From an uncultured bacterium (GTDB lineage: Bacteria; Patescibacteriota; Patescibacteriia; UBA9570; XYC2-FULL-38-9): DNA of 64,000 nucleotides. A model generated the notes under the pieces. The model was not told the DNA's origin. It was given only the letters and a program-made list of their open reading frames with translations, and did not search any database. The translations under genes were made by a program, and so were the position numbers. This document shows positions 27,287 through 37,202 of this stretch, one piece after another. Position 1 is the first letter of the stretch; every line of letters begins with the position of its first letter. The stretch lies in contig CALKUP010000006.1 of assembly GCA_937996685.1 (NCBI GenBank), positions 64,001 to 128,000 on the forward strand, given 5' to 3'.

Positions 27287-28513
27287 TTATTTTTGCTTCG
27301 GGATTCCGAGGCGCTTCCGATTGAGGAGCGCCATCACCCGAGGACCGTAAAGCTCCAGACCCAGGTGCGCAACCAAATCGCGACACTTCTGAGGATCAGG
27401 GGTGAAGTGCTGCAGCCGCTCCAGAGCCAGGCAACCGAAGTCGTCAAGCCGAGGATTGAAGCGATCGTTCCATCTTTCCTGCCACGGAATCGTCGCCACC
27501 GCCTGTGGCGACTTGCAGTGACTCAGAAGTCCAACGTTGTCGAAGCCGAAAACTGGAACTCTGGCCGCAAGCATCTCTGCCGCAACCAGGCCGAAGGCCT
27601 CTCTCCAAGGGCTATTCCTCGAACCATCAAAGCTTCTCGGATTTGAAGTGAAGAAGCCCAAGTCAGCATCGTCCAAGATCCGCGACATCATACAATTGTC
27701 TCCCTCACCGTAGTAGGTGACGAAGTGTGCGGTCTCTGCTCTATTCTCGAAGAGATGTTGACGAGCGTAGTAGTGACCATGATGAGGATCGATTGGTCCC
27801 ATGACGTGGAGACGCAGATCCGGCGCCCAGCCCGATTCCCGCATCGCCTTGCAGGCTGCGATCGCAAGATCAAGACCTTTCACGCGGTCAACTCGTCCAA
27901 GGAACACTGCATTTTTTGGTGGCCAGACGTGAGCCTGCTTTTGGGTATGCACCAGACCCGTAGGGTTTTCCAGGCAGCCTGCATACCTGTTAGGCGCTCG
28001 CTCGTACTGCCCGAGCCCGACCGCGTAGTTGCTGATTCTGATGTCGCCGATTGCATCACTGAGATACTGACCCTGATCCAGGTGAACCAGGTTGTGAATG
28101 CGACCAGCATCAATACCTTCGAGCAAGTGCGCGTGCGTACCGAGATCGTTGAAGATGATGTGGTCAGGCCGATACGGCAAAGCCAAAATTGCCGCCTTCA
28201 CCTTGCGGTAGTAGGCAATCGGCTCAGCATGCGGGTCAAAGTCAGCATCCCAAGTCTCCCATCCGTAAGACACACGGCGATCATGACCACCCTCAGTGTA
28301 GGCGGAGGGCAACTGCAGGACCACAGTCGAATTCTCCATGCCGTCTGAACCGGCCGCGACGATGCAGTGGACGCCCACTTTATCACGCATATACCCCAAA
28401 GCCATCACGAGACGACGAGCAACGACGCCGCTACCTGAAGTTCTTGAATTGCGGACAGGGAACCGATCCGGACCAACAACGACAACCTTCTGCTTCTTGA
28501 TCTCAGCAGCCAT
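27287..28513 (-). CDS. Divergent glycosyltransferase family 4, GC-rich
   Basis: FLGRVDRVKGLDLAI, WREAFGLVAAEMLAARVPV; SD AGGAAGGTGA. Confidence 0.8.
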   Translation of the reverse strand: MAAEIKKQKVVVVGPDRFPVRNSRTSGSGVVARRLVMALGYMRDKVGVHCIVAAGSDGMENSTVVLQLPSAYTEGGHDRRVSYGWETWDADFDPHAEPIAYYRKVKAAILALPYRPDHIIFNDLGTHAHLLEGIDAGRIHNLVHLDQGQYLSDAIGDIRISNYAVGLGQYERAPNRYAGCLENPTGLVHTQKQAHVWPPKNAVFLGRVDRVKGLDLAIAACKAMRESGWAPDLRLHVMGPIDPHHGHYYARQHLFENRAETAHFVTYYGEGDNCMMSRILDDADLGFFTSNPRSFDGSRNSPWREAFGLVAAEMLAARVPVFGFDNVGLLSHCKSPQAVATIPWQERWNDRFNPRLDDFGCLALERLQHFTPDPQKCRDLVAHLGLELYGPRVMALLNRKRLGIPKQK

Positions 28514-28690
28514 GAGTCACCTTCCTGCTTCTCTTTCTGATTGTGGAAGAACAGTACTTTCAGCACTGCTTATCGAAATAAACAGCCCTAAAAATAGCTC
28601 CTATAAATACTATAAAAATACCCACCTGTCAAACAAACAAGTATTTTTTCACCAGAAAATTGGCTGGTCTTATTTTCCTACAACTCTCAC

Positions 28691-31363
28691 CTATTTCTTG
28701 ATTTGCAACTTGTACTTTTTACTTAATGTATACCGCAATACGCGTTTTGACTTACTTGTGCGCAACTCAACTGTATCCTTGGCTGATAATCGAGTTTTTG
28801 AGGCCTTGACCTTTGTACTCGTAAACTTCACCACTGCTGTTTTTGAAAAGCCTTTTTGATCTTTTTTGATACGCAAGACAATCAATCGACCATTGTTTTT
28901 CCCCTTTTTATTTTTGAGTGTCACAATCGCGTCTTGTGATTTATCTTTGCGCAGATCTTTAATCAAGAGCGCTTTTTCTGCCCACGGCACAGAACTAATT
29001 CGTTTATTTGCAACACGCTCACCGGTGTATGCATTTAACACAGAAAGGTATTTTCCTTTCGGAGACAGGACAAGTAAATATCCGGTATTTGGAATGCGTG
29101 CTACTTCCGGCTGTCCCACAGTATCACCTGACTCAGGAGTAAAGACCGCTGTCTCACCCGTCGAATATGTAACAGTAATTGTTCCGTTGTTTCCTGCGGT
29201 CACACCACTAACTAACGTGTCATAGGTTGTTGCGTTTGTTGGATCTTGCGCTGCACGCTCATCTGGCGTGAATGTGTCACTGCCACTTGTTGTTGAACCG
29301 CCAGCTCCTGGAGTAGAAGCTGCTGCCGCAACAGTCACTACACGCGTTGCCTCACCTCGATTTCCTGAAGCGTCGACACTTGCATAAGTTAATGTATAGG
29401 TCCCTGCAACTGCCGTATTCACCGAACCGGACACCGTCACGCTCGTTGAACCAGTGCACGCATCTGCGGCTGTTGCTCCTGAGTCTGTAAATGTATCACC
29501 AACAGTCAGCGACGGAGCTGCGTTGCCAGAAACAGTCACAACTGGCGCAACACGATCAACGACGTTCACTGTACGATTTGTCGTTGCAACACGTTGAATA
29601 AAGTTTGTCAGTGAATAGGTTGTTGTAAATGAATGAACAAAACTAGCATCAAGCGAACTCGGCGCAGCAATCGCTGTCGTTGATTGAGAGGTATATGAAT
29701 CAAGCGCGCTCGCTCCTGGGTCAGTTGCCGCAACTCCACACTCAAGTGTTAATGGATTTGCGCCGGTAAGCGCCGGTGTTGTCGCAACAGAATAAATCAA
29801 ATGTGTTAACCCATTGTTTGTAACAGCGCCGCGTGTTCCGTCGTCGCTCACTGCTAATTCATCGTATCCGTCATTGTTCATGTCGAGACCAATTGAACCA
29901 ACAGTTGGGTACCCATCAGCACCAGGTGTCTCAAACACAACGCTACTAGCTGCGCTGGCTTGTGTTGCGATGTCAGATCGGCCATATAACAATGTATATT
30001 GATCACTACTTGTTGCTGTTGCGTATTGAAAAAACAACAGATCATCAATGCCATCGCCGTTCACGTCGCCGCTATTGTCGACAATCCGAGGATCATAAAT
30101 TGTTGAGCCTGTTGAAATCAGGTTTCCGGTCGACAACAATGCTGATGAAAAACGACCGAGCTGCCCGAAAAATAAACGCCCCCCAATTGTAAAATCAGAA
30201 TAGGTGTCATTATTATTGTCTCCTCCACCAGCTACTGTTAGGCCCGCATACTCACTCGCTGAAGACCCTGAAAAACGACTTGCTTGCCCGCCTGTTGCAA
30301 GCGAATTAATTGAATAACTCCCACTTAAGAGCGCATCTGAATCACACACAGCACTTGAACCAGCGCCATACAAAACATATCCAGCGCCAGCAATCGCATT
30401 ACTTCCTACTTTAAGGTATGGAGCACCCATTACAATATCAGCACACCCATCATGATCAACATCACCAGCAGCGCTCAGCGAAAAACCAAGAGCACCGCCT
30501 GAGCCAGTAATAATCCCAGTTCCAGGATCAACAGCAAGGTCTGCCACCTCACCGGTAATCCGCTTCACAGAAGAATGGGCAACGACGCTCACAATTAAAC
30601 CGTCCCCAGGTGTTCCACCGTACGCAGTGACAACTTCAGCTGGAGTTCCAGATGTACCATAGACAACATAGACAGCACCTTCAGTTGTTGGTGCTGAAAA
30701 TGCATTTTCTGTAAAATATGGCGCGCTAAAAACAACATCGTCAAGACCGTCATTATTCAAATCCCCTGCACGAATAACAGAGCCGCCAGCCATTGCGGCA
30801 GTTGCACTTGAAGAGGCTGGAATTGCAAACGCAATGAATTTATCAGCAGTATTAGACAGGTCAATCAACGAACCTCCGGTTAACTCTTCTTTTCCAAAAA
30901 TTAAAAAGGCCGCGCCTTGTCCACGACTTGAAGGAGCTCCGCCATATTTATATCCGCCGGCGAGTACAACAAAATCATCCATTCCATCGCCATTCACGTC
31001 GCCCACTCCGGAAATAGACGAACCGAATCCATCATTTGTTTGATAACTTGTGTATTCAATAGCTTGCATTGGATCAGCCGTCACTGTTGCTGCTGTGCCT
31101 TCTGCAACTTGCCCGGCTGCACCAAACACGACAACGACGGAATTACGCCCGAGCTTTGTTGCAGAGTATGCAAAGTCCTGGTATCCATCACCATTTACAT
31201 CACCAATAAAACCATGAGCGCCCATGACTTTATTTGATGCATCCGCAGCACTAAACGTTCGAATCGCTCCTTGGTCAGACTGTAAGCCAACTGCTTGAAC
31301 AGAAAACGGAACACAGGCAGCAATTGCACATAAAACGGATAAGATGAGCTTTGAATATCGCAT
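28691..31363 (-). CDS. Secreted FG-GAP (integrin alpha-like) repeat protein with two DUF5011 domains and Lys-rich C-terminal domain
   Basis: Signal peptide, GDVNGDG..D repeats, GAPY/GAVYVVYG, VGDTFTDSGATA.D...VNTAVAGTYTLTY...DASGN. Confidence 0.88.
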   Translation of the reverse strand: MRYSKLILSVLCAIAACVPFSVQAVGLQSDQGAIRTFSAADASNKVMGAHGFIGDVNGDGYQDFAYSATKLGRNSVVVVFGAAGQVAEGTAATVTADPMQAIEYTSYQTNDGFGSSISGVGDVNGDGMDDFVVLAGGYKYGGAPSSRGQGAAFLIFGKEELTGGSLIDLSNTADKFIAFAIPASSSATAAMAGGSVIRAGDLNNDGLDDVVFSAPYFTENAFSAPTTEGAVYVVYGTSGTPAEVVTAYGGTPGDGLIVSVVAHSSVKRITGEVADLAVDPGTGIITGSGGALGFSLSAAGDVDHDGCADIVMGAPYLKVGSNAIAGAGYVLYGAGSSAVCDSDALLSGSYSINSLATGGQASRFSGSSASEYAGLTVAGGGDNNNDTYSDFTIGGRLFFGQLGRFSSALLSTGNLISTGSTIYDPRIVDNSGDVNGDGIDDLLFFQYATATSSDQYTLLYGRSDIATQASAASSVVFETPGADGYPTVGSIGLDMNNDGYDELAVSDDGTRGAVTNNGLTHLIYSVATTPALTGANPLTLECGVAATDPGASALDSYTSQSTTAIAAPSSLDASFVHSFTTTYSLTNFIQRVATTNRTVNVVDRVAPVVTVSGNAAPSLTVGDTFTDSGATAADACTGSTSVTVSGSVNTAVAGTYTLTYASVDASGNRGEATRVVTVAAAASTPGAGGSTTSGSDTFTPDERAAQDPTNATTYDTLVSGVTAGNNGTITVTYSTGETAVFTPESGDTVGQPEVARIPNTGYLLVLSPKGKYLSVLNAYTGERVANKRISSVPWAEKALLIKDLRKDKSQDAIVTLKNKKGKNNGRLIVLRIKKDQKGFSKTAVVKFTSTKVKASKTRLSAKDTVELRTSKSKRVLRYTLSKKYKLQIKK

Positions 31364-31398
31364 AAAAAATTGCGTGAACGGCAAATTAATTGGGCTAT

Positions 31399-31427
31399 AA
31401 TATACTTATAAAATACTCTTTTGTCAA
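31399..31427 (-). promoter_or_regulatory. Sigma70-type promoter
   Basis: TTGACA-N17-TATATT. Confidence 0.7.
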
Positions 31428-31483
31428 TATCTACACAAGAGAGCTTGAAAAATCTGTATTTTTTTGGCTAATATCTGCACTAT

Positions 31484-32173
31484 TTAATCAGGTCGAATGA
31501 CTGTGCCGATAAATTCCGTGCCATCAATGATCGCTTCAACGTTTTCTAAATTTTTTCCGTTTGCAATAATCACTGTTTTGCTGTGTTCAGCTGCAAGCTT
31601 TGCGGCAATCGGATCAAACGGCGCGTTCAAGCCTGGTTTCCACTCTGTGCCAACAATTTTTTGAAACTCTGACCATGTTGTCTCAAGAATCGGTATTGCA
31701 GTTGGATCTTGCTTTGGATCAGCCGTGTAGGCATATTCAATATTCGATAGATTCACAACCATGCCTGCGCCTACTGTCACAGCAACTTGCACCGCATCGT
31801 AATCCGTTGACCAACCCGGTTTCCAGCCAGCGCCAATACGAATCGGTGTTGTCATTTCAAATGAAACTGTCGGATCAACAATAATTTCTTCTGCAGCAAG
31901 ATCCCCGAACATCGCACGCACTAATTGCGCATTTAAACGAGATCCATGAATCCCGATCCAATCAAGATCCGCGTCAGTTGTGTCTTTGATCCCACGCAAA
32001 CCATCCATATATAAACGAGCAGTATTTCCCCCACCAGTAAAAATCACAAACTCAAATCCTTCCTCAACTTTTCGCAAAATAAGTTCACGAAACCCTTTCA
32101 ACATTTCGCTGCTCACTGCTTCAGGAATAATCAATGATCCGCCAAGGGATAAAATAACACGTTTAGTTTCCAT
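31484..32173 (-). CDS. pyrH: UMP kinase (archaeal-type short form)
   Basis: SLGGSLI, GGGNTAR.Y, LDWIGI...RLNA, GWKPGWSTDYDA, PFDPIA. Confidence 0.93.
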   Translation of the reverse strand: METKRVILSLGGSLIIPEAVSSEMLKGFRELILRKVEEGFEFVIFTGGGNTARLYMDGLRGIKDTTDADLDWIGIHGSRLNAQLVRAMFGDLAAEEIIVDPTVSFEMTTPIRIGAGWKPGWSTDYDAVQVAVTVGAGMVVNLSNIEYAYTADPKQDPTAIPILETTWSEFQKIVGTEWKPGLNAPFDPIAAKLAAEHSKTVIIANGKNLENVEAIIDGTEFIGTVIRPD

Positions 32174-33050
32174 AATATTTTGCTTTATTCGTTAGATGTT
32201 CTTCGTAGGTTTTGCTATAAATTGCTTTATTCTCTGGCGGTGGTGTTGTTAGGAAGAAATAATAATCTGTCATCTTTGGTTTCAGCACCGCTTCAATTGC
32301 GCCAATGCTGGGATTATTAATTGGCGTTGGCGGGAGCCCGCTGTTTTGGTAGGTGTTGTACTCATTTTGAATCTTTGTATCCGCAAATGATGGGGTTGTC
32401 GTTTTTTTGCCGGTCACATAATTGACTGTCGCATCAGATTGCAGTGGATAGGTATCCGAAAGACGTGACAAAAAAATACCAGCGACAGTTGCTCGATCTG
32501 CTTTATTTGCAACTTCTTTTTCTACAACACTCGCAAGCGTCAAAATTTCATAAAATGAATAGTCACTTTTTTTAATCAGCGCCATGTCATCATCAGTCAA
32601 TTTTGCAAGCATGTTATCCAGTAATTTTTTCACCACTTCTTGCGGAGTTGCGTCGGCAAAAAACTTATAGGTATCAGGATACAGATATCCTTCTGAAGAC
32701 AGTTTTTTTGTTGGCAATCCTTCAAACAATACAGCGTATTTACTCGCTGAATCTTTTTGCAGCGTTGCAATTTCTTCCTCGAGCTGTTCTTCTGTGATAC
32801 CGAGACCCTGTTTTTGCATTTCTGCAATCGCTTGATTTTCTGTCCAGCCTTCAATAATACGCACTGTCACTTCTGCTCGTTTTTGACTTGCCGCGAGGCG
32901 TTTCGCTGCTTGCGCCGCTTGATATTGTTGCACACCAAAAGCAACACCGCCGATACACACAAGCAGCACAATCACCACAATAAATCGCTTGGTGTTTGAT
33001 TTTTTTCGTGGGGGCAACAATGAATCCGTATTATTTATTTCCATATGCAT
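32163..33050 (-). CDS. mltG: Endolytic transglycosylase MltG
   Basis: EGYLYPDTY, LASVVEKE, LQSDATVNY, YNTY...GLPPTPINNP. Confidence 0.95.
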   Translation of the reverse strand: MHMEINNTDSLLPPRKKSNTKRFIVVIVLLVCIGGVAFGVQQYQAAQAAKRLAASQKRAEVTVRIIEGWTENQAIAEMQKQGLGITEEQLEEEIATLQKDSASKYAVLFEGLPTKKLSSEGYLYPDTYKFFADATPQEVVKKLLDNMLAKLTDDDMALIKKSDYSFYEILTLASVVEKEVANKADRATVAGIFLSRLSDTYPLQSDATVNYVTGKKTTTPSFADTKIQNEYNTYQNSGLPPTPINNPSIGAIEAVLKPKMTDYYFFLTTPPPENKAIYSKTYEEHLTNKAKYYGN

Positions 33051-34132
33051 TACAACAGCTCTGTATTATCCGCCGCTTCTAAGGCTTCAACGATGTCCTT
33101 CACGCGCTGTGTTTGTGATTTTTTTGCAATGAGCAATGCATCGTCTGTATCAATAATCACCAAATCATCAAGACCGATGGTTGCAATGAGTTTCTTTTTG
33201 CCGTTGCGATAAATCAACACGTTATTGCTTTCAACGTTTTGATGCTCTGCATTAATCACAACATTTTCCGCTTCACTTGCCGACAACTCATCTTTCAAGC
33301 GAGACCAATCCCCGATATCATTCCAACCAATACTTGCTGGAATTGTTGCAATTTTGTGCGTCTTTTCAATAATCGCGTAATCAACCGCGACTTTTTCCAA
33401 TGTCGGATAGACCTCATGCAATACACGCTCTTGATCTGGTGTACCAATTGCGTCGGCAATTTTTTCAAGCTCTGCGTACATTTCTGGCAAATGCGTTTTA
33501 TATAAATCCAAAATTGTTTTCACACTCCAGACAAACATATTCGCGTTCCACAAATAATTACCCGCTTCAAAAAATTCTTTCGCAGTTGCGGCGTCTGGCT
33601 TTTCCGTAAAGCGAATAACCTCGTGCACTGTCACTCCATTCACCTCTTCAATTTTTTCACCGTACTGAATATATCCCATGCTGGTATCCGGATGTTGCGG
33701 CTCAATCGCAATTGGGACAATGTATTCTGGATGAGCCTTAACAAAACCTTCCGCAGCGAGCAATGCATCTTGAAATTCTTTTGTCAGTCGAACACTGTGA
33801 TCAGACCCAAGACTTGCAACAATTGCATTCGGATCACGCTTGGCGATCATAATTGATTCAAGACCAATAGCGGCAGCGGTATCTTTTCGAGCTGGTTCAA
33901 TAATCAAATTCTGAGCTGGAATTTCTGAGCACTGCTCAAGCACAAGCTCTTTGCATTGTGTGTTTGTTGAAACAAAAATATCTTCAATTGGAGCAATGTC
34001 GCGTACTCGATCAAGGGCCTCTTGAAGCATTGTGCGTTCGCTTAAAAACGCATGAAACTGTTTTGGAGCAAGTTTACGACTAACAGGCCAGAGACGAGAG
34101 CCGGCTCCACCGGCACGAATAACAATATGCAT
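33050..34132 (-). CDS. manC: Mannose-1-phosphate guanylyltransferase
   Basis: AGGAGSRLWPVSR..PKQF, EPARKDTA, SDH, FTEKPD, WNANMF, GWNDIGDW. Confidence 0.93.
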   Translation of the reverse strand: MHIVIRAGGAGSRLWPVSRKLAPKQFHAFLSERTMLQEALDRVRDIAPIEDIFVSTNTQCKELVLEQCSEIPAQNLIIEPARKDTAAAIGLESIMIAKRDPNAIVASLGSDHSVRLTKEFQDALLAAEGFVKAHPEYIVPIAIEPQHPDTSMGYIQYGEKIEEVNGVTVHEVIRFTEKPDAATAKEFFEAGNYLWNANMFVWSVKTILDLYKTHLPEMYAELEKIADAIGTPDQERVLHEVYPTLEKVAVDYAIIEKTHKIATIPASIGWNDIGDWSRLKDELSASEAENVVINAEHQNVESNNVLIYRNGKKKLIATIGLDDLVIIDTDDALLIAKKSQTQRVKDIVEALEAADNTELL

Positions 34133-34135
34133 ACA

Positions 34136-34984
34136 CTATTTTAGTAAAAGGATAAACGCGACAATCACCGCAAGTCCAATGCGATACCACGCAAAAACGG
34201 CCAGTGATCGATGACTCAAGTAACGAAGCAGTCCGGCAATCGCGATAAACCCAACAATTGCTGAAAAAAGCACAGCAATTGACAAGGAAGCGAGTTGGTC
34301 AGACGTCACACCAACACTAGCAAGATCAGCGGTCTTTTTCAAGGTTGCTGCCAAAATAATTGACGCAGAGAGCAAAAAAGAAAAACGAGCCGCGTGTGCC
34401 CGGGACAACCCGAGCATCATTCCGGTGATAATTGTAATCCCGGACCTTGATGTTCCAGGAATCAGCGCAAAAGCCTGTGCAACACCAATGGTCAGTGCTT
34501 GTTTGAGGGTAATCTGATCAATCGTCGAATGCTCAATCTGTTTTGCTACTTTTTCGACCCAAAAAAATGCGCAACCAATCACAATCAACATTGTAATCAC
34601 AATCCACGGTGAACGCAGAACATCTTCAATAAACGACTGAAACAACAAACCAGTTACACCCGCTGGAATCACCGCGAAAAATAAATACCACGCGATTTTT
34701 TGATCTGTTGTCAGATGCGTCGCTGTTTGCATTGATGGTTTTTTCAACAACGACAAAAGACTTGTCAGCCAGGCAACGAGATAGCGCAATAAATCTCGCC
34801 AAAAAAAGGTAAAGAGCGCGAGCAATGTCCCAATATTTAATGCAGCATCAAATGATGCTTCATCAATGGTTGTAAATGACGGCAATACGGCGTGTAATAA
34901 TAACAAATGCCCAGACGATGACACCGGAATGAACTCCGTGAGACCTTGGACGCTTCCGTAAATAATTGGTAGAATAAATGACAT
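34136..34984 (-). CDS. uppP: Undecaprenyl-diphosphate phosphatase
   Basis: VQGLTEFIPVSSSGHL, ALIPGTSRSGITI, ARFSFLL, FAWYR. Confidence 0.95.
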   Translation of the reverse strand: MSFILPIIYGSVQGLTEFIPVSSSGHLLLLHAVLPSFTTIDEASFDAALNIGTLLALFTFFWRDLLRYLVAWLTSLLSLLKKPSMQTATHLTTDQKIAWYLFFAVIPAGVTGLLFQSFIEDVLRSPWIVITMLIVIGCAFFWVEKVAKQIEHSTIDQITLKQALTIGVAQAFALIPGTSRSGITIITGMMLGLSRAHAARFSFLLSASIILAATLKKTADLASVGVTSDQLASLSIAVLFSAIVGFIAIAGLLRYLSHRSLAVFAWYRIGLAVIVAFILLLK

Positions 34985-35446
34985 ATGGAAATATTGAATG
35001 GTTCTGCATGGGAAGTGCTGATTGCGCCTCTTGCTGCAATGATTATATCACAGCTTATTAAAGTTGTCAGAGGTCGTAAAAACGGCAAACTTGCCTGGAG
35101 TGAGTTGAATAAATACGGCGGAATGCCAAGTTCACACACCGGCCTGTTTATTGCACTTACTGCAATTGTTGGGTTGACTGTTGGATTTGTCTCTCCCCTA
35201 TTTTTTGTCACTTTGTTCGTTTCGATCACATTTATTCGTGATGCTATTGGCATTCGCTGGTCATTAGGCTTTCATGGAAAAATGCTCAATAAACTCATTG
35301 ATGAATTGCCACAAACGGAACAAAAAGAATACCCAGGTCACTTAGAAGAACGCCTTGGGCACACGCCATATGAAGCAGTTGTTGGCGGAATGCTTGGATT
35401 TTTTATCGCACTCCTGACACACGGCCTTTTTTTGATGTTGCAATAA
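34985..35446 (+). CDS. Divergent PAP2 family protein (DUF212)
   Basis: QLIK, GGMPSSHT, DAIGIR, ERLGHTPYEAVVG. Confidence 0.92.
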   Translation: MEILNGSAWEVLIAPLAAMIISQLIKVVRGRKNGKLAWSELNKYGGMPSSHTGLFIALTAIVGLTVGFVSPLFFVTLFVSITFIRDAIGIRWSLGFHGKMLNKLIDELPQTEQKEYPGHLEERLGHTPYEAVVGGMLGFFIALLTHGLFLMLQ

Positions 35447-35451
35447 AAGAA

Positions 35452-35737
35452 AAAGCCGCCCGTAATACACAGAAAAACCGGATTGGAGGAGACTCAGGCT
35501 TGCAAGCGACCCTGGAGGTAGTAGGTGCTCGAAAAGCAAAGTCTTGGTTTTTTGTATACACGGACGGTTTTATAAAAAGAACAGAATTGAAAAACAGAGA
35601 AATTTCGAGACAGCGAGCCGTTGAAGAAGCGTTTGCCCCCCTCCCAGACGCAAAGCGCCTCAGCAACGGCTGCTGTGATCGAAACGATGTGTTCATTTTA
35701 TTAGGCGGCTGACAGCCGGTCAACCGCGGACTGGTTG
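35452..35737. ncRNA. Candidate structured non-coding RNA region (three hairpins)
   Basis: Stems at 35452-35571, 35603-35684 and 35713-35737 fill the convergent intergenic gap. Confidence 0.4.
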
Positions 35738-35750
35738 GGTGTTTTTGCTG

Positions 35751-37202
35751 TTACTTCCGGATGGCGCCGTGGGGAGTACCTTCATGGAAGGCGGCCGACG
35801 TCTGCACGCCAACGATCGCTTCCACACAGAACTCAGGCAACGTGCGTGCGCCGACGTAGGTCATCGAGGACTGAAGTCCTGTGATGTAGGCCGCGACGAA
35901 GCGACCGACGGTGTCCTGGCCTTCACGCAGGAATACCTTCGAGTTGGAGATACCCTCCTCGTACATCGCACGGATCGCAGCCTCGAATTCACCAATGCCG
36001 GCGTTGCGGTCCACAACGGCGCGACGCGATGCCATGCCGAAGTTCACCTTGTAGGCCGCGCCGTCCGGGTCGCGCTTGAGCTCGCCGGGCGCCTCGTACG
36101 TACCCGCGAGAGATGTGCCGATCATGACGCGGCTTGCTCCGGCAGCGAGGTAGAGACCCAGATCGCGCGGGTGCTTGACGCCCCCGTCGGCCCAGATGAA
36201 TCCACCAACATCCTTCGCCGCAAGCGCGCAAGCGACGGTAGTGCTGAAGCTCGGGCGACCGACACCGGTCTGCAACCGCGTCGTACACATCGCTCCCGGG
36301 CCGACGTTCGTCTTCACGATGTCGGCACCGGCCTCGATCAGACGCTTGACGCCGTCGGGCATGCAGACATTGCCGGCCACGAGCTTCACGCCGGGATCGA
36401 CCGCGGCACGGACCTCGCGTAGTGCCTTGAGCATCTTAACCTGGTCGCCGTGCGCCGTGTCGAGCACGATCACACTGGCGCCAGCCTCGACACACGCGAC
36501 AGCCTTTTTGACCGACTCGCCGTTGATTCCGACGGCAGCACCGACTGCCATGTCGCTCGTCTGCCATGGGTTGAGAGCTCGGTGGACCAGAAGGTCCCGA
36601 CTGACGGTGCCGATGAGCACGCCACTGCTGTCCACAACCGGAGCCACGCTAACGCGAGCAGCGAAGAGCTGTTCGAACATGTACTGAAGCGAGGAGTCGG
36701 GACGGATCGCGAATGGCGCGGTCATGAAGGCATGCGCCTTCGCAAACGGGTCGAGCTTCTCGCGAAACTTGTCATCCCACAGGTCGTCGGGAGTGACAAC
36801 ACCGAGTGGCTTGCGCTGATCGTCAACCACGATCACCAAGCGGCAGCCGCGGCGGTTCACGAGATCCATCACGAGGCGCGCGTCCTGGTTCGGCCCCACG
36901 GTGAGCGGGGTCTCGAAGATCGGATGCGCACTGCAGACCTTGCGGATCGCGCGCGTGACGGTCTCGACCGACATGTCCTGTGGAAGGATGGCGATGCCAC
37001 CGGCGCGAGCGAGGGCCTCGGCCAGACGCTTCCCCGCCACCGCGTTCATGTTCGCGGCGACGATCGGATTGCTGCCAGGCAGGCCGTCGATCGGGGTGAT
37101 GTTGACATCACGGCGGGAGTTACCGGTCCAGTGACCCTGGCAAAGGAAGACGTCCTCGAGCGCGAGCTCACGACAAGCATCCTCAGAGTTAAGAAAACGC
37201 AT
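35751..37202 (-). CDS. guaB1: GuaB1-family IMPDH-related protein (probable GMP reductase) with CBS pair, GC-rich
   Basis: MRFLN...DVFL, ANMNAVAGKRLAE..AR.GG..ILPQD, DTAHG, VGPGAMCTTR.QTGVGRP.FS, WADGGVKHPRD, FGMASRRAV, EEGIS; SD AGGAG. Confidence 0.9.
   Translation of the reverse strand: MRFLNSEDACRELALEDVFLCQGHWTGNSRRDVNITPIDGLPGSNPIVAANMNAVAGKRLAEALARAGGIAILPQDMSVETVTRAIRKVCSAHPIFETPLTVGPNQDARLVMDLVNRRGCRLVIVVDDQRKPLGVVTPDDLWDDKFREKLDPFAKAHAFMTAPFAIRPDSSLQYMFEQLFAARVSVAPVVDSSGVLIGTVSRDLLVHRALNPWQTSDMAVGAAVGINGESVKKAVACVEAGASVIVLDTAHGDQVKMLKALREVRAAVDPGVKLVAGNVCMPDGVKRLIEAGADIVKTNVGPGAMCTTRLQTGVGRPSFSTTVACALAAKDVGGFIWADGGVKHPRDLGLYLAAGASRVMIGTSLAGTYEAPGELKRDPDGAAYKVNFGMASRRAVVDRNAGIGEFEAAIRAMYEEGISNSKVFLREGQDTVGRFVAAYITGLQSSMTYVGARTLPEFCVEAIVGVQTSAAFHEGTPHGAIRK

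Noticed and set aside
35452-35737. tmRNA, RNase P RNA or SRP RNA identity
   Set aside because: No tRNA-like ends, no GAGGAAAGTCC core and no SRP helix-8 motif on either strand
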